From Octopus sinensis (lineage: Eukaryota): 64,000 nt of DNA. Positions within the stretch are counted from its first letter, which is position 1, and every line of letters begins with the position of its first letter. Made by a program: the position numbers and the translations under genes. Location of the stretch: positions 15,066,001 to 15,130,000 of the forward strand of contig NC_043009.1 in assembly GCF_006345805.1 (NCBI RefSeq), read 5' to 3'. This document shows, piece by piece, positions 50,183 through 61,824 of the stretch. Below the pieces are notes generated by a model. It was not told the origin of the DNA. It was given only the letters and a program-made list of their open reading frames with translations, and did no database searches.

Positions 50183-52516
50183 ACGTAAAGAATATTAAAT
50201 TTCATAAATCACCCCTCCGGAATAAGCACCTCAGATACCTCGATAACGTCTCCAGAGATATAAACAGCTTAGATTCTATCCTGGTCCAATCGGATAAAAC
50301 CGGCAACATATATAAGCTTACCAAGAGCCATTATTTAGAACTGCTCGAAAAGGAGATACATAAGAATTACAGGACCACCAGTAGCAATACTCTCAGGCAG
50401 ACCAACTTAGAAACTAACCAGATTATGGAGACTTACGGATTACAGATGAAGACGGAACTATTGAACCCTAGGCAACCCAGATTCATCTTAAAGGACCACA
50501 AACAGAACATTCATACTAACCCAGCATTGCGGCTCATATGCCCTTCCAGTTCAGACATCGGTACCCTTAGTAAATACATATTAGATAAGTATATACCTAT
50601 ATTAATTAATAAATTAAAACTTAACTTATGGTCCAATTCTGTTCAAGTCGTAGATTGGTTTACTTCTATTACTGATAAGGCCAACACTAAATTTATCCAA
50701 TTCGATATATCTAGTTTCTATCCTTCAATCAACCCTATTATACTTAATAAGGCCCTATGGCACGCACACAATCAGGCAGGCCTCTCCAGGGAGGAAATTG
50801 GTGTGATATTGACTGCTAGGAAATCTTTCATCCAGTTCGATAACAAGTTGTGGGTCCGTAGAGATACCCCTAATGCGTTTGATGTACTAATGGGAAGTAC
50901 AGACAGCACACAGATAGCCGATTTGGTCGGAATTTATATTCTTTATGAAATGGCCGACCAATTCCCGGACATCTGTGGAGGTCTTTATCGCGACGATTGT
51001 CTGCTTTACCTCCAAAACATTATGAACCAAAAAATACAGAAGGTTAAGAAAAGATTAGTTAGTTTTTTAGTAGAATGGGCTTGCGTATAGTTTTTGACGA
51101 TGAATTAACAAAAGCCAACTTCTTGGACATTACCCTCAATCTGCAGAATAACTCATACTTCCCTTATCATAAACCTTCCACTAATCTTAAGTATATCAGC
51201 ATTTTCAGTAATCATGCCAAGCCAATTACCGATAATTTAGTTAAAAACATATCTCTTAGACTGTCCAAATTATCTGCTAATGTCGACATCTTTAACCAAA
51301 AGGCAGAGTTCTATAACGTCGACTTGTCAAGAGCCGGTTATAAGGAGAAAGTGTCATACATAGACCCAGCTCATTCTAAACCAACATCTAATTCTCCAGA
51401 TAGTAAAGTTACTCGTAATAGGAATAATGATTTCAATTCCAATAGTGCCAGCAACCCTGTACATAAAATAAATTATTTACGGACTAGGAGAGGTAAGCGC
51501 CATGCAACCCCAAATTTCCAGCCCACAAAGTTCCCCCTTACTATCACAAACAACACTAAGAACAATTCAAAGGCCACAAAAGACTGTATCTGGTATGTAA
51601 TACCTTTCGGAAAACAAATTAAATCGAACCTTCCCTTACAGTTCCGTAAAGCCGTTGCTAGGAACTTTCCCACAAATTCTAGATATCATTCTATTATCAA
51701 TTCACACAAGGTCAGAATAGCTTTCCCTAACACTAGGAATCTTTCACAAATTATATCTTCCCACAATACCAAGCTGCTAAACAAAGATTCTTCACCCAGG
51801 AGTTCCAACACTAATCTTGCTAATTCCATACCATCATACAATTATAATAATAGGAATAGTATTAATAGTAGCAGCATTAGTAGCAGCGAAGGTGTTAACA
51901 ATGATAATATTAATAATAGTATTAGTCGTGATAATAACAATGGTAGTGTTGATGGTAACAACAATAACGGTATTATTGTCGGTGGTATTACTGGTTGTAA
52001 TACCATTAATAATACTAATAATAATAGAAATAGTGTAGTGGTTAACGCTAATAATAATAGTAACAACAGTAATAACAATAAAAACTTCGTCTCGATCTCG
52101 GAGGAAAACTCCAGCAGAATTAAATTTTTGTCCAGTAATTCTAAGATTAAGAATGATATTTACCAGTGTAGAATTATTCCGGTACCGATGTCTTCTTCTA
52201 TATGAGAGCTTCCACTTCCCAGTTATCCAAGAGAATTTCAAACCACTACTCAACATTCAGAGGTAGTAAACAACGTCATAGCACAGGGCTAAGTAAATTA
52301 GTTTGGCGTCTTAAAGACAACAATATAATTTTCAAGTTAGACTGGTTCATACTGTCTGCATCCTTTCCTTTTGATAAGGGCAGGAGATTCTGTAACATTT
52401 GTAACTCTGAACTCTTCCATATTCTTTTCGCTAAGGTTCCCCTAGTAAACACACTCATAGAAAAATCATACAAATGTAAACGCTGGCAGAAACACACTTT
52501 CTACTCATATAAATGA
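50183..52516 (+). pseudogene. PLE polyprotein (RT, thumb, Asn-rich linker, GIY-YIG), N-terminally truncated, two frameshifts
   Basis: ORFs 50095-51090, 51075-52205 and 52202-52516 join into one PLE protein if one T is added to the T6 run at 51063-51068 and one indel near 52200 is corrected. Confidence 0.9.
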
Positions 52517-52988
52517 TATTGATAGTCACTGTGGTTTGAACAATTAGTTTTACGTCCACCACTCTGCTATAGAAATATTCTTTCCTAAGCCTTCGAGCAT
52601 TCTTTCAATCAACGTACCTTTGCCTCTTCACTTGTTCCCTAACTATTATTTCTTTATACCTTCCCTTCCTACTATCTATCTTTGACATCTATCTCTCACT
52701 CACGCACACAATCACACACACAGACACAATTACAGTTATACACACACACATACACGCACACAAACGCACGCACTCATTAACACAAGCAACACACCCACAC
52801 ATTTCCATACATACAGCAAACATACTGTTCCCTACCTATTTTACTTTATCCCTTCCCTTCCTACTATCTATTTTTGGCATCAATTCTTCTAACGGTTTTT
52901 TTTAAAGAAACACTCATTATCGCTTTATTTACCATGTAGGCAATCATCGAAATTTTTGCTTGTCTTGTTTTCGAGAGAGTCTCCCTTT

Positions 52989-53070
52989 CTCTCCTGATGA
53001 GAAGATTGCATAATGCACCCTTTATTCCTTTGGAATGAGAAAATGCTGTCTTCGAAACATGTGTCGAGAG
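52989..53070 (+). ncRNA. Canonical type-I hammerhead ribozyme (right pLTR, sense to the ORF)
   Basis: CUCUC CUGAUGA GAAGA-[43 nt]-UCUUC GAA ACA-UG-UGU C GAGAG: all core nucleotides present, stems I/II/III of 5/5/3 bp, predicted GUC cleavage between 53065 and 53066. Confidence 0.9.
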
Positions 53071-54280
53071 TAAAGGAATTTTGTTAACATCTTCGTTCGA
53101 CTCCATTCTTTCATTTATTCATATATATTTGCATTCATATATATGTATGCATATATACAGAAATATGTGAGTGTGTCTACGTGCTCACTTAAGTGCGTGT
53201 GAGTTTACACAACTATATAAGTGTATAAGTGTGTGTGTGTGTTTATATATATGTGTGGGGGGAAAGAGATAGACAGAGAGTGAGAGACATGCATGAATTT
53301 AGTTATGTAAATTTATGTCATATAATGAAAAACGGTCAAACCCTTTTTCATGTGCAAATGAATTCCAAACATGTCTGCACCAAAACTTTGGTTCTGTGGG
53401 CAATCAATCATAACTATAATTGAATTACAATCGCATATTTAGTATGAACGTGGAAGTACACACATGCACACACACATGTACACACATGCACACACACAAA
53501 GAATACGCACACACACACTCAATCACTTATACATATACATGTATACACACAAATAGACACACAATGTCTCATACATCCGTGTATATGCTGAAGTAGCATT
53601 AGAGTGTTATTAATTGTAACAGCATATGCTAATGATTAATACCTGCGGGTTATCTCTTCATAAACACTTATTTTATTCATTATTAGACAGGTGGCACCAA
53701 TTATTCATATCTTGGAAACCTTTAAGTGTCAATAGTTATTGTTTCTGTAAGCCAAGTATGGTAAATGCTAAAGTGTTGTACAGTAAAGATTGTAAAATGT
53801 TGAGGCCTCGAAATGCACAATATTTTCTGTGTAAGTGAATATAATGGATATACAAGACCACTAAATATTACCGATTCTTATGAGTTTCAGTTACAAATAT
53901 AGTCATAGCTTTTCATTGATGGGTTCCGGAATTTGACATATATTGAATGTTACGTTTTGATTCACTGATTGAGATGAAAGAATATTGAGACGTTTGATAT
54001 GCTTGCTTCAGCATTTAGGTACATGCTGAAAGGTACATAAAACTAATGAGAGAAGCTAAGTTTTCCACTCTTATTAGCCAATTTTTAGTGTTCCGTAAGG
54101 CATTCTTTCTTATTACTTTGTGATTATAATTTGATATAAGTCACGTAATGCTTGGTCTTGTATTCTAGTTGTGATACTAATTCCAAGAAGTCATTTCGGG
54201 AAATATTTTTTCCAGTACATGTAAGATATGTTAAGTAGTTTAGATGGCATGGATTCACTTCCAACAGAACTCTGATATAA

Positions 54281-54348
<68 letters not shown>

Positions 54349-54589
54349 ATATTGTATAGAGGGCATTATTACACATAAATGCCTCACACTAAGAGGGACA
54401 ATGTCATTACTACCAAAATTACACTAATCATACCTAAATGCAGTTCTTCAAAGCTAGACATTTAAAAAATGAATTTAGTTCTGTATCACCGTGATTTCAC
54501 ATTCAACTTACGTCTTATGATCCTCAGCAGAACTGATTCTGAACACATCATAAATAAACCACCAACCTTACTTAGCGAAGTAATGATGT

Positions 54590-55171
54590 GGATGATGGTG
54601 GATGATGGTGTGGGGCTGGGAAGTGGTCAGTACTAGTGTGTGCGTGGTAGTGTGATATGGAGTTGTGTTGTCTAGTGGTGTGTGGTGAGGTTGTGTTGGG
54701 ATGTGGGGGAGGCGAGAGTGGGGAAAGCAAGGGTGGGGTGTAGTTTAGGCTGAAGGCGGGGATAGAAGTGGGATATGTAGAAGTGGATGTAAGGGATGTG
54801 GTGGGGTGGGATGGGATTGATAGGGAAGGTGGGGTTGCATTGTGTAGGGGGTGGGGTTACGAAGGAGGGGTGACGATAAAGGGAGACGGAGAAGGGAGAA
54901 TGTTGGTAGGAATAAAGAGAAGAGGGTAAGTCTTAAGAGAGGAGGGGTGGGTGGGAGGAAGTAGGTGCGAGAGGAAAAGAGGAGGGTTAGATGAAGAGGG
55001 GAGGAGTGTTGAGCCCATGTGCCGCAAAGGACCGGAGAGAGCAAATTAATCCCCGTTCACGGCGAAGACGAGAGTCCGGATGGCCCCTGTGCAAGGACAA
55101 TCCGAACACAGACATGTGTTTCAAAGAGTCACCAGTAGAGCGGAAATGGCGCGAGACCAGGGTGTCATTGC
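54590..55171 (-). mobile_element. Penelope-like endonuclease C-terminus plus C-rich 3' UTR
   Basis: VSRHFRSTG.S..HMSVFGL...SR.RRE..LI..L.S....GLN (stop at 54989-54987), followed by about 400 nt that are G-rich on the plus strand. Confidence 0.75.
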
Positions 55172-55270
55172 CGAGTATATATATATACACACGTACGCAC
55201 ATATAAATACCCATACACACGCACGCAGAAACACAAAACATACATACGCATATGCACACACATATACATG

Positions 55271-55312
<42 letters not shown>

Positions 55313-55413
55313 TCAGTAATAATATAGGGTGAAATTAATTAATTTGGAATAATCATTAATTTCACCAAGTAGATTTCGGCATGTAAAAGCCTCATTCGAG
55401 GAAAGTTTAAGTA

Positions 55414-55615
55414 ATACTAAGTAATTAAGGGTTTAGCAACGATTTGCCTCACCACACACCGAATTTAGAAATAGCAGTCAAAGAGTTATAGCTATTCTTT
55501 CTACTAAAAGGGAGATCTCCCTTTTAGTAGAAGAATAGCTATAACTCTTTGACTGCTATTTCTAAATTCGGTGTGTGGTGAGGCAAATCGTTGCTAAACC
55601 TTAATTACTTAGTAT
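55414..55615. repeat. 202-bp loopless palindrome
   Basis: Centre gggaga|tctccc at 55515/55516. The arms are identical except for two 1-nt indels. Confidence 0.95.
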
Positions 55616-56953
55616 ATATATATTATATATATATATATATAACTGGAAATGATTGTACGAACAAATCTGAAGATGTGGTACTCCATCTTACTTATTTTTA
55701 TTATAATAAGCCCTAAGTTATTTGTCTAATGGCGACGCTATAACAAATTGTTTCTTCCCACGAGCATTTGTTTATTCCAGTTTAACGACCGTTTAATGAA
55801 GTTTTAATTTTTTGAATTCATACCGAAATATCACAGATTAAACAGAAACTCGTCATTTTGCTCTCTCTCGTGTTCATTCCGATAACATAATTAAATAATG
55901 TTGTGTCGATCTCTGATTTAATTTAATCGAATATATCTATTTCTATGTTTCAGTAAAGAGAACAAATTGGATAAATTTGACGAAATTGTTGAAAATTACA
56001 TTGAATGTTTGTAAGTAAATAATAATTACCAGGAAATTCAAAACCATTAGTTATTCTCTCAGGTGTTGTAAACAAAAGAAAGAATGTTTGCCAGTGATGT
56101 CGGAAAATTAGTTGCAGAGAAGCGTTTAGAAAAGTAACATTTTGTTAGCGATTGAATCATTAACAAGATAATTGAGATTAAACATTTCAATGTCTTTTAT
56201 GCGTTCAAGGACTAGTGAGGCAAAGCAATATTTGAATATTCTAAAACTTAATACAATAGAAGACATCACCGTCTCTAACAATATTGGAGTGTCATTCAAA
56301 TATTTCATTTAACAAACATCCATGCTGATTATCCTCACCTAACCACATATACTCATATATTTGCTGTACAAATCACATATAATTATATATTCGCTGTACA
56401 AATATATTACCAGTTTGAATATTATATATCTGTAATACGTATAACATTTCTTAAAGAGATGATGAAGATAGTTCGTTTTCAAGTTTCTCGAAGTGTATAA
56501 AGTTGATGCGCGTGATATTAACCCATAACCTCTAGCGTATCAGATCCAATTAGAGAAAGCTGCACCTGACAATCTTTGTAATAATATTGCCGGCTGTTTA
56601 GATAAGTATATTTGAGTCCTGAATAGTGAATAAATGGGTTCTGTAATTGATGCCATACACAGTTGTAATGGAATGAAATATCTTCTCATGAGAAAGTAAA
56701 CCTGCTAAAAAAATACAAAATACAAATACAAAAAAGATAAATTGTAACAGTAAGGAATGTTCCCTTGTAGGAAAATAAATAAAAGTTTCTGTTTATTAAC
56801 GAGCAGGAGAATACGTTCGCAAACGGTGATGGTTTTCTGATTAGACAACAATTTACTAACATTTCTATTACTGACATTTCAAAGAAAACCAGTTTATTTC
56901 TAAAATTGAAAATTTGAGCATGTAAACGGTAGTAGAAAGTAACTTCACATATA

Positions 56954-57170
56954 CAAGGGTGTACTGATAAATTCTTGGCTCTAAGGGTAATGTGAAAGGC
57001 CTGGCTGGAGGCACAAAATTATGAGTTCTTTAGCAGGGCTTAGAGAACCTGAAGGACGGCTGCAATAAGTATGTGAATCTGAGAGAGGAATATTTTGAAT
57101 AAAGTCATAATCAACTTATCCTCTTGTATTTTCTTTCACCCACAACCACGAACTATTCAGCACCCTCTCA
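56954..57170. mobile_element. Mariner-derived MITE
   Basis: TA-flanked imperfect TIRs (caagggtgtactgataaattcttgg / ccacgaactattcagcaccctctc). The interior retains a mariner C-terminal trace (ctgcaataagtatgtgaatctgagagaggaatattttgaataa, ~C..LRGEY.E*). Confidence 0.75.
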
Positions 57171-58719
57171 TACCATCAGCATGTATAAGGTAATGATTTC
57201 TTATCATGTTACTGTAAGTGACAATTACAGAGAAATTTGTCATGTGATTAGATGAGGATAATCGATTTTTCTTTGAAAGGAATGAAATTATATAAACATA
57301 GTCGACAGTTTACCGGATAAGTATGTGATACAGGCTGCTATGGAAATTATTACAATTTTAGTTAAACATTATGAGACAAATTGTTATAAAAAGCAGAAAA
57401 AAACATTGTTCGGAGTTTAACGTTTCTTTTTTCTTCTTATTTCTCGAGGAGATTGACATCTTAATGTTATCCAATTTGACCCGCTATAAGTATAGTTTTA
57501 TTTTGAATAGAGTTAAGGAATATTACTAAATAAATAAGTCCACATTCTGAACACTTATAATGTATACTCTATATCATTTATAAATTAAAAGTCTAATTTA
57601 CAGTATTTGGTTGTAGTTATAACGCTAAAAATCTAATAAAACATGCAATTAAGTCTATTTATTGAGCGTATCTTGTAAATTTGTCAATAACAATCAGAAA
57701 AACCACTTAAATTATTGGATAAAATAAACACAGGAAGCAATTTGTCATCAAGCATTAGATTAGTAAACAGAATCGGATAAGTTATCACCTATAACATACT
57801 TTTGTATCAATACATATATTAAGTTAAATAACATACACATTTAAGAAAAAAAAAGTAAACGAACATACGCAAGCATGCTTATATCTATATGTATGCATCT
57901 ATACACTCATACGTATACACATATTCGTATACATACATAATGAAAATTTCTAAGACATTCTACAACTTTTCCATTTGAGATACTTATGCAAATAGATGCA
58001 GACACTTGGATGTTCTCATAGGCAGTTTGGCAACTGCCAAGTGATATCGGTCAATCAAAAATCAGTAGTGGGGTATTCTGAAGAGGGCGATTAAATGTGA
58101 TTTATTAGCATTTAGTAAGAAAAACTTATGATAGAAAACATACATCAAAGTGAAACTAGTGAGCAAATTAGAAATTTCGATTAGCAAAACAGACTTGTTT
58201 GGCAATCTCTTCGCAAGCATCTGCTGCAACTGGCAGCAGAACGACGATGATTATTGCGAGCTTATTGCGAGTAAGGGTGTGTGAACCCGGTCGAGATAGT
58301 AGGTCAACAAAACGATTATAATTGAAACGTTTTCTTCCATAACTTATCTAGATACAGAGTTTAAACTTTATCGACACGATTATCGTACAGATTGAAGTGT
58401 TTGAAGTGGCGGAAGTGCAAATGAATGCGATCTCCAGAAGTTCCATCTACGGCAATCTCCATCTCATGCGACACGACAAGAGAGCATTAGAAATCGAAAG
58501 TGGCTCTAATGGGATTCTTGATTTATGTAGACCGTTCAAAGTCTTGGAAAAAATCGACCATTGCTTCTTGGCAATAGGAATAAGAGTGACACTTTTCAAA
58601 GCCGAGCTTGTTGATTGCAAACTGCCCAGTGACAGTTGCTCGGTGATTAAAGTAAGAAACAACAAAACAAAACCGCTTAGCATGGCGGGCTTGGTCTATC
58701 AGAGGTGTATTTTCTCATC

Positions 58720-59290
58720 TCTTTTAGACATAATGGATCTCGAACCATTTCCTTATCAAGCCAGAACTGTTGAGTGACGACCTTTGTGAGCTGTAGTACA
58801 GGAGAAATGCCTCGGCATATGCAGTTTACCTGAACGGGACAACATGGAAGTCGAAGTTGTTGTCACTATTCTAAATGAAAATGTCTACGGCAGAAAAAAA
58901 AATTTGAACGATTAGGTGGATTAGCAGCTGAATTCTTCGATAGGAAAGTCTATGCTAACAAACCACGTTGTATGTCATTGGAGACACGACCCAATAACAC
59001 TACTCTAGACTAATTGTCACCCGGCCCTTCGGCTGGATACCAACAAGAGCAACTTTACGAGCAGATAGCCAAAGCTCGTACAAATATTGATTGAGAAGAC
59101 ACCGATGTAAAATCGAGTCGAGTTGGTGTTAGCCGAGCTCGCCTTCTTCATAATATATCTCGCGAATGTTGCTTACACCAGTCCCAGGCTGATCAAAGCG
59201 GAGCATTTGATTTTACTTATTGAAAAGATATCCTGTACGACTAATCTGATAAAGAGTTCTTTGCCAATGTATATGACTTTTTTATCATAT
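58720..59290 (+). mobile_element. Probable degraded AP-endonuclease region of an RTE-like LINE
   Basis: Broken frames give W..R/T..YQA, LGI, PRCMSLETRPNNTT, YQQEQLYEQI...ID*ED..D...RVG, resembling RTE APE (WNVRT; R...P.N.T..VYAP...E.FYE.L...D...GD.NA.VG). Confidence 0.45.
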
Positions 59291-60654
59291 ATTATTATTT
59301 ATGTTTTAATAAAATGATTCGCAATTATTAATACTTTCTGCAGTCTAAGGACATTTCGCTACATATATTTCAAATAATGAGTCAGGAAATTTTGTATCCT
59401 TCAAGATATTGCATGTACAAGTTACCATCATTATCTAGAGGATTGAATATTACTGGGCGGTTATAAAATGTGGTCTTCGTTTTTAAAGCACTCTTTTAGT
59501 AGTATTTTTGAAATGACTGTAGTCTTGAGACAACTCAAGACAAATAATGGGTAACAGATTGGGTAGTATCGAATATCATCAAACACTAAGTGCAGTAGTC
59601 GTGAGCATGTGCCACCAAGTTCTCGAGGAAATTTGTCGATAAAGTACTGGCTGTTCTGTTCTGGAGAAGTCTTACGCCGTTGTATAATATGAGTAAGTTA
59701 TAAAAAGACTTAGCCCTGGTAGTTACAGAGGGACAGTATCGGTTCCAGGGAAACTTCAAAGGTGCAATAATACCTCATGCTAGTACATTCGTAATGTGAG
59801 AGTAGTGACACAATTGTAATGTACGAATTTCTGCAGTATCTAGATATTGTTGTCGTATAGAAATATACAGAATGTCTCTTGACACGCAAAGAAGAAATGC
59901 TGCTATCAACCGAATATATCGCTTGCTGAATCGCTGCTCCCATTTATCAATATCGGGCACGGAATATTTTCCAGTTCCTTGTCTATAGTGAAAATCTAGG
60001 ATCGAGAAGAATGTGCTGTTCTCAAGGAAATTTGTGAACATTTAGAAAAACTCGTTTGGGAGAGAGAAACTACTCTCTCCGATAATACACTGGCGAGCAA
60101 CAGCTCACAGGCAGGACGTGTGATATTTCATTATTGGACCTAATTTGAGATTCTTTTATATTTCGATGAGTCCATTATCCATCTCTTCACCTATTTTGTG
60201 TACCATGCATTTATATTTCATTTCTACCAATTCATCTCTTTTTATTTTGTCGCCGTTTTATGTACCCTACAAATTGTGAACTGCCTTAGTAATAAACCCT
60301 TCATCTCCTTACTAGTGTTCCTTCCGTCAACAAACAGCAACGCAACAGAACTTCAGCGCCCAAATCTTTCGGTTTTCCATTTAAGCTACAGAAGGTTGAA
60401 CTTAATAATAAATAAGCTATATTAATTAACATGTACAATACGCAAATTAATAACAGATTTGAACGGCACGTAGCGTCACAAAGCAACCCTACGTGCACAC
60501 AGTACAAAGAATAGAAATTAACTATCAACTCCCTTTTCTCCGTAAATTGCGTGAAGGAGGGGTTCTAAGCATGAAATATTGACATTGAAGTTAATATTAC
60601 TAAACAGTATTACTAACCAGTATTGTTAGTATTTCAAAACTTCAAATTTTTTTT

Positions 60655-60726
60655 CTCTTTAAATTATTGTTATTGCCATTGCTGCTGCTGCTGCCGCTGC
60701 TGTCGCTGCTATTTTTTCTGCCATTG

Positions 60727-60768
<42 letters not shown>

Positions 60769-61121
60769 TTAGCGTCATCTCCTTTAGCTGACAGAATGAT
60801 TACAACACGTGCATTTGTTTCGTCATTTTGTATTCTGAGTTGAAATTTCGCCAAGATCAATTCTGCCTTTAACATCGATTCGAGTGATACTAATAAAGTA
60901 TCAATCAAGTACTACCATCTTTTCCGCTTCTTCCAAGAATGCTGACCAAGTAATCAGAAGCCAGTTCCCTAGTTTCATCCTTCTTCTTCTTCTTCTTCTT
61001 CTTCTTCTTCTTCTTCTTCTTCTTCTTCTTCTTCTTCTTCTTCTTCTTCTTTTCTTCTTCTTCTTCTTCTTCTTCTTTTTCTTCTTCTTCTTCTTCTTCT
61101 TCTTTCTTCTTCTTCTTCTTC

Positions 61122-61156
<35 letters not shown>

Positions 61157-61315
61157 TTTCTTTTCTTTCTTTTTATTCATCGTCTTCTTCTTCTTCTCCT
61201 TCTACTTTTTCTCCTTCTTCTTCTCCTTCTTCATCATCATCATCATCATCGTCATCATCTTCTTGTGTTTTTTTTTTCATCATCATCCTCATCTTCTTCT
61301 TCTTCGTCTTCCCTC
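60655..61315 (+). repeat. Compound trinucleotide microsatellites (GCT/CTA; CTT/TTA/CAT)
   Basis: Direct reading. Confidence 0.95.
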
Positions 61316-61426
61316 TCTGTCATTCAACCGTATCTTTCCTTCATATTAATGTGATTACTTGCAATATTAGGAAAATTACATAACACAGTGAGCTACGACA
61401 ATCGTTAACACGACTGGAAAATATTC

Positions 61427-61575
61427 AGCAGCATTTTGTCTGTCTTTATGTTCTGAGTTCATATTCTACTGATGTCGACTTTGCTTTTCATCCTTTCGTG
61501 GTCAATAAACTAAGTACCAACGACATACTCCCTCTCCCGAAACTGCTATCTTTGTATGAAGTTTTGAAACCAATA
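61427..61575 (+). mobile_element. Degraded SINE family B monomer
   Basis: gttctgagttca.att...gtcgactttgcttttcatcctttcg.ggtcaataaa.taagtacca. Confidence 0.8.
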
Positions 61576-61824
61576 TTATGAGCATTACACTTGTAATTCT
61601 TTTGTCTTTGCAGAAAATATTGAAATTTTTGGAATTATATTTCTATATAAAAATCACTTCTAAATTTTGCGGCTTATGTCTAAATTAATCAATAACCCAG
61701 AAATGATAGAAAAATTCTAAGCAAGTTGTGCTTACTATGGTTTGACCAAGATCGAAGTATTTAGCTATCAATTTGGCTGTTCTTTTCTTTAATTATTTCA
61801 TGCAAGAAACATCTAATGGCGATG

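Larger units (their letters stand above)
49534..53125 (+). mobile_element. Near-complete, 5'-truncated Penelope-like element (YRDD-type RT plus C-terminal GIY-YIG) with inverted pseudo-LTRs
   Basis: The left arm 49534-50182 is the reverse complement of the right arm 52475-53125. RT motifs QSDKTGN, KDHK, FDISSFYPSI, FDVLMGS, LYRDD, FLDITL; endonuclease IYQC...YM(R)AS...KRISNH...TGLSKLVW.LKD...W...CNIC..E. Two frameshifts (about 51065 and 52200) and no internal stops. Confidence 0.95.

Noticed and set aside
55368-55403. HHR-like stem GGC-uuuuacau-GCC GAAA on the minus strand next to the 202-bp palindrome
   Set aside because: The core reads CGAAUGA (U4 and G5 wrong) and no stem III/UH triplet can be drawn, so it is not called as a ribozyme.
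55954-56010. 57-nt exon-like segment with good splice sites (KENKLDKFDEIVENYIEC)
   Set aside because: No linked exons or homology, and the surrounding sequence looks like AT-rich DNA-transposon debris.
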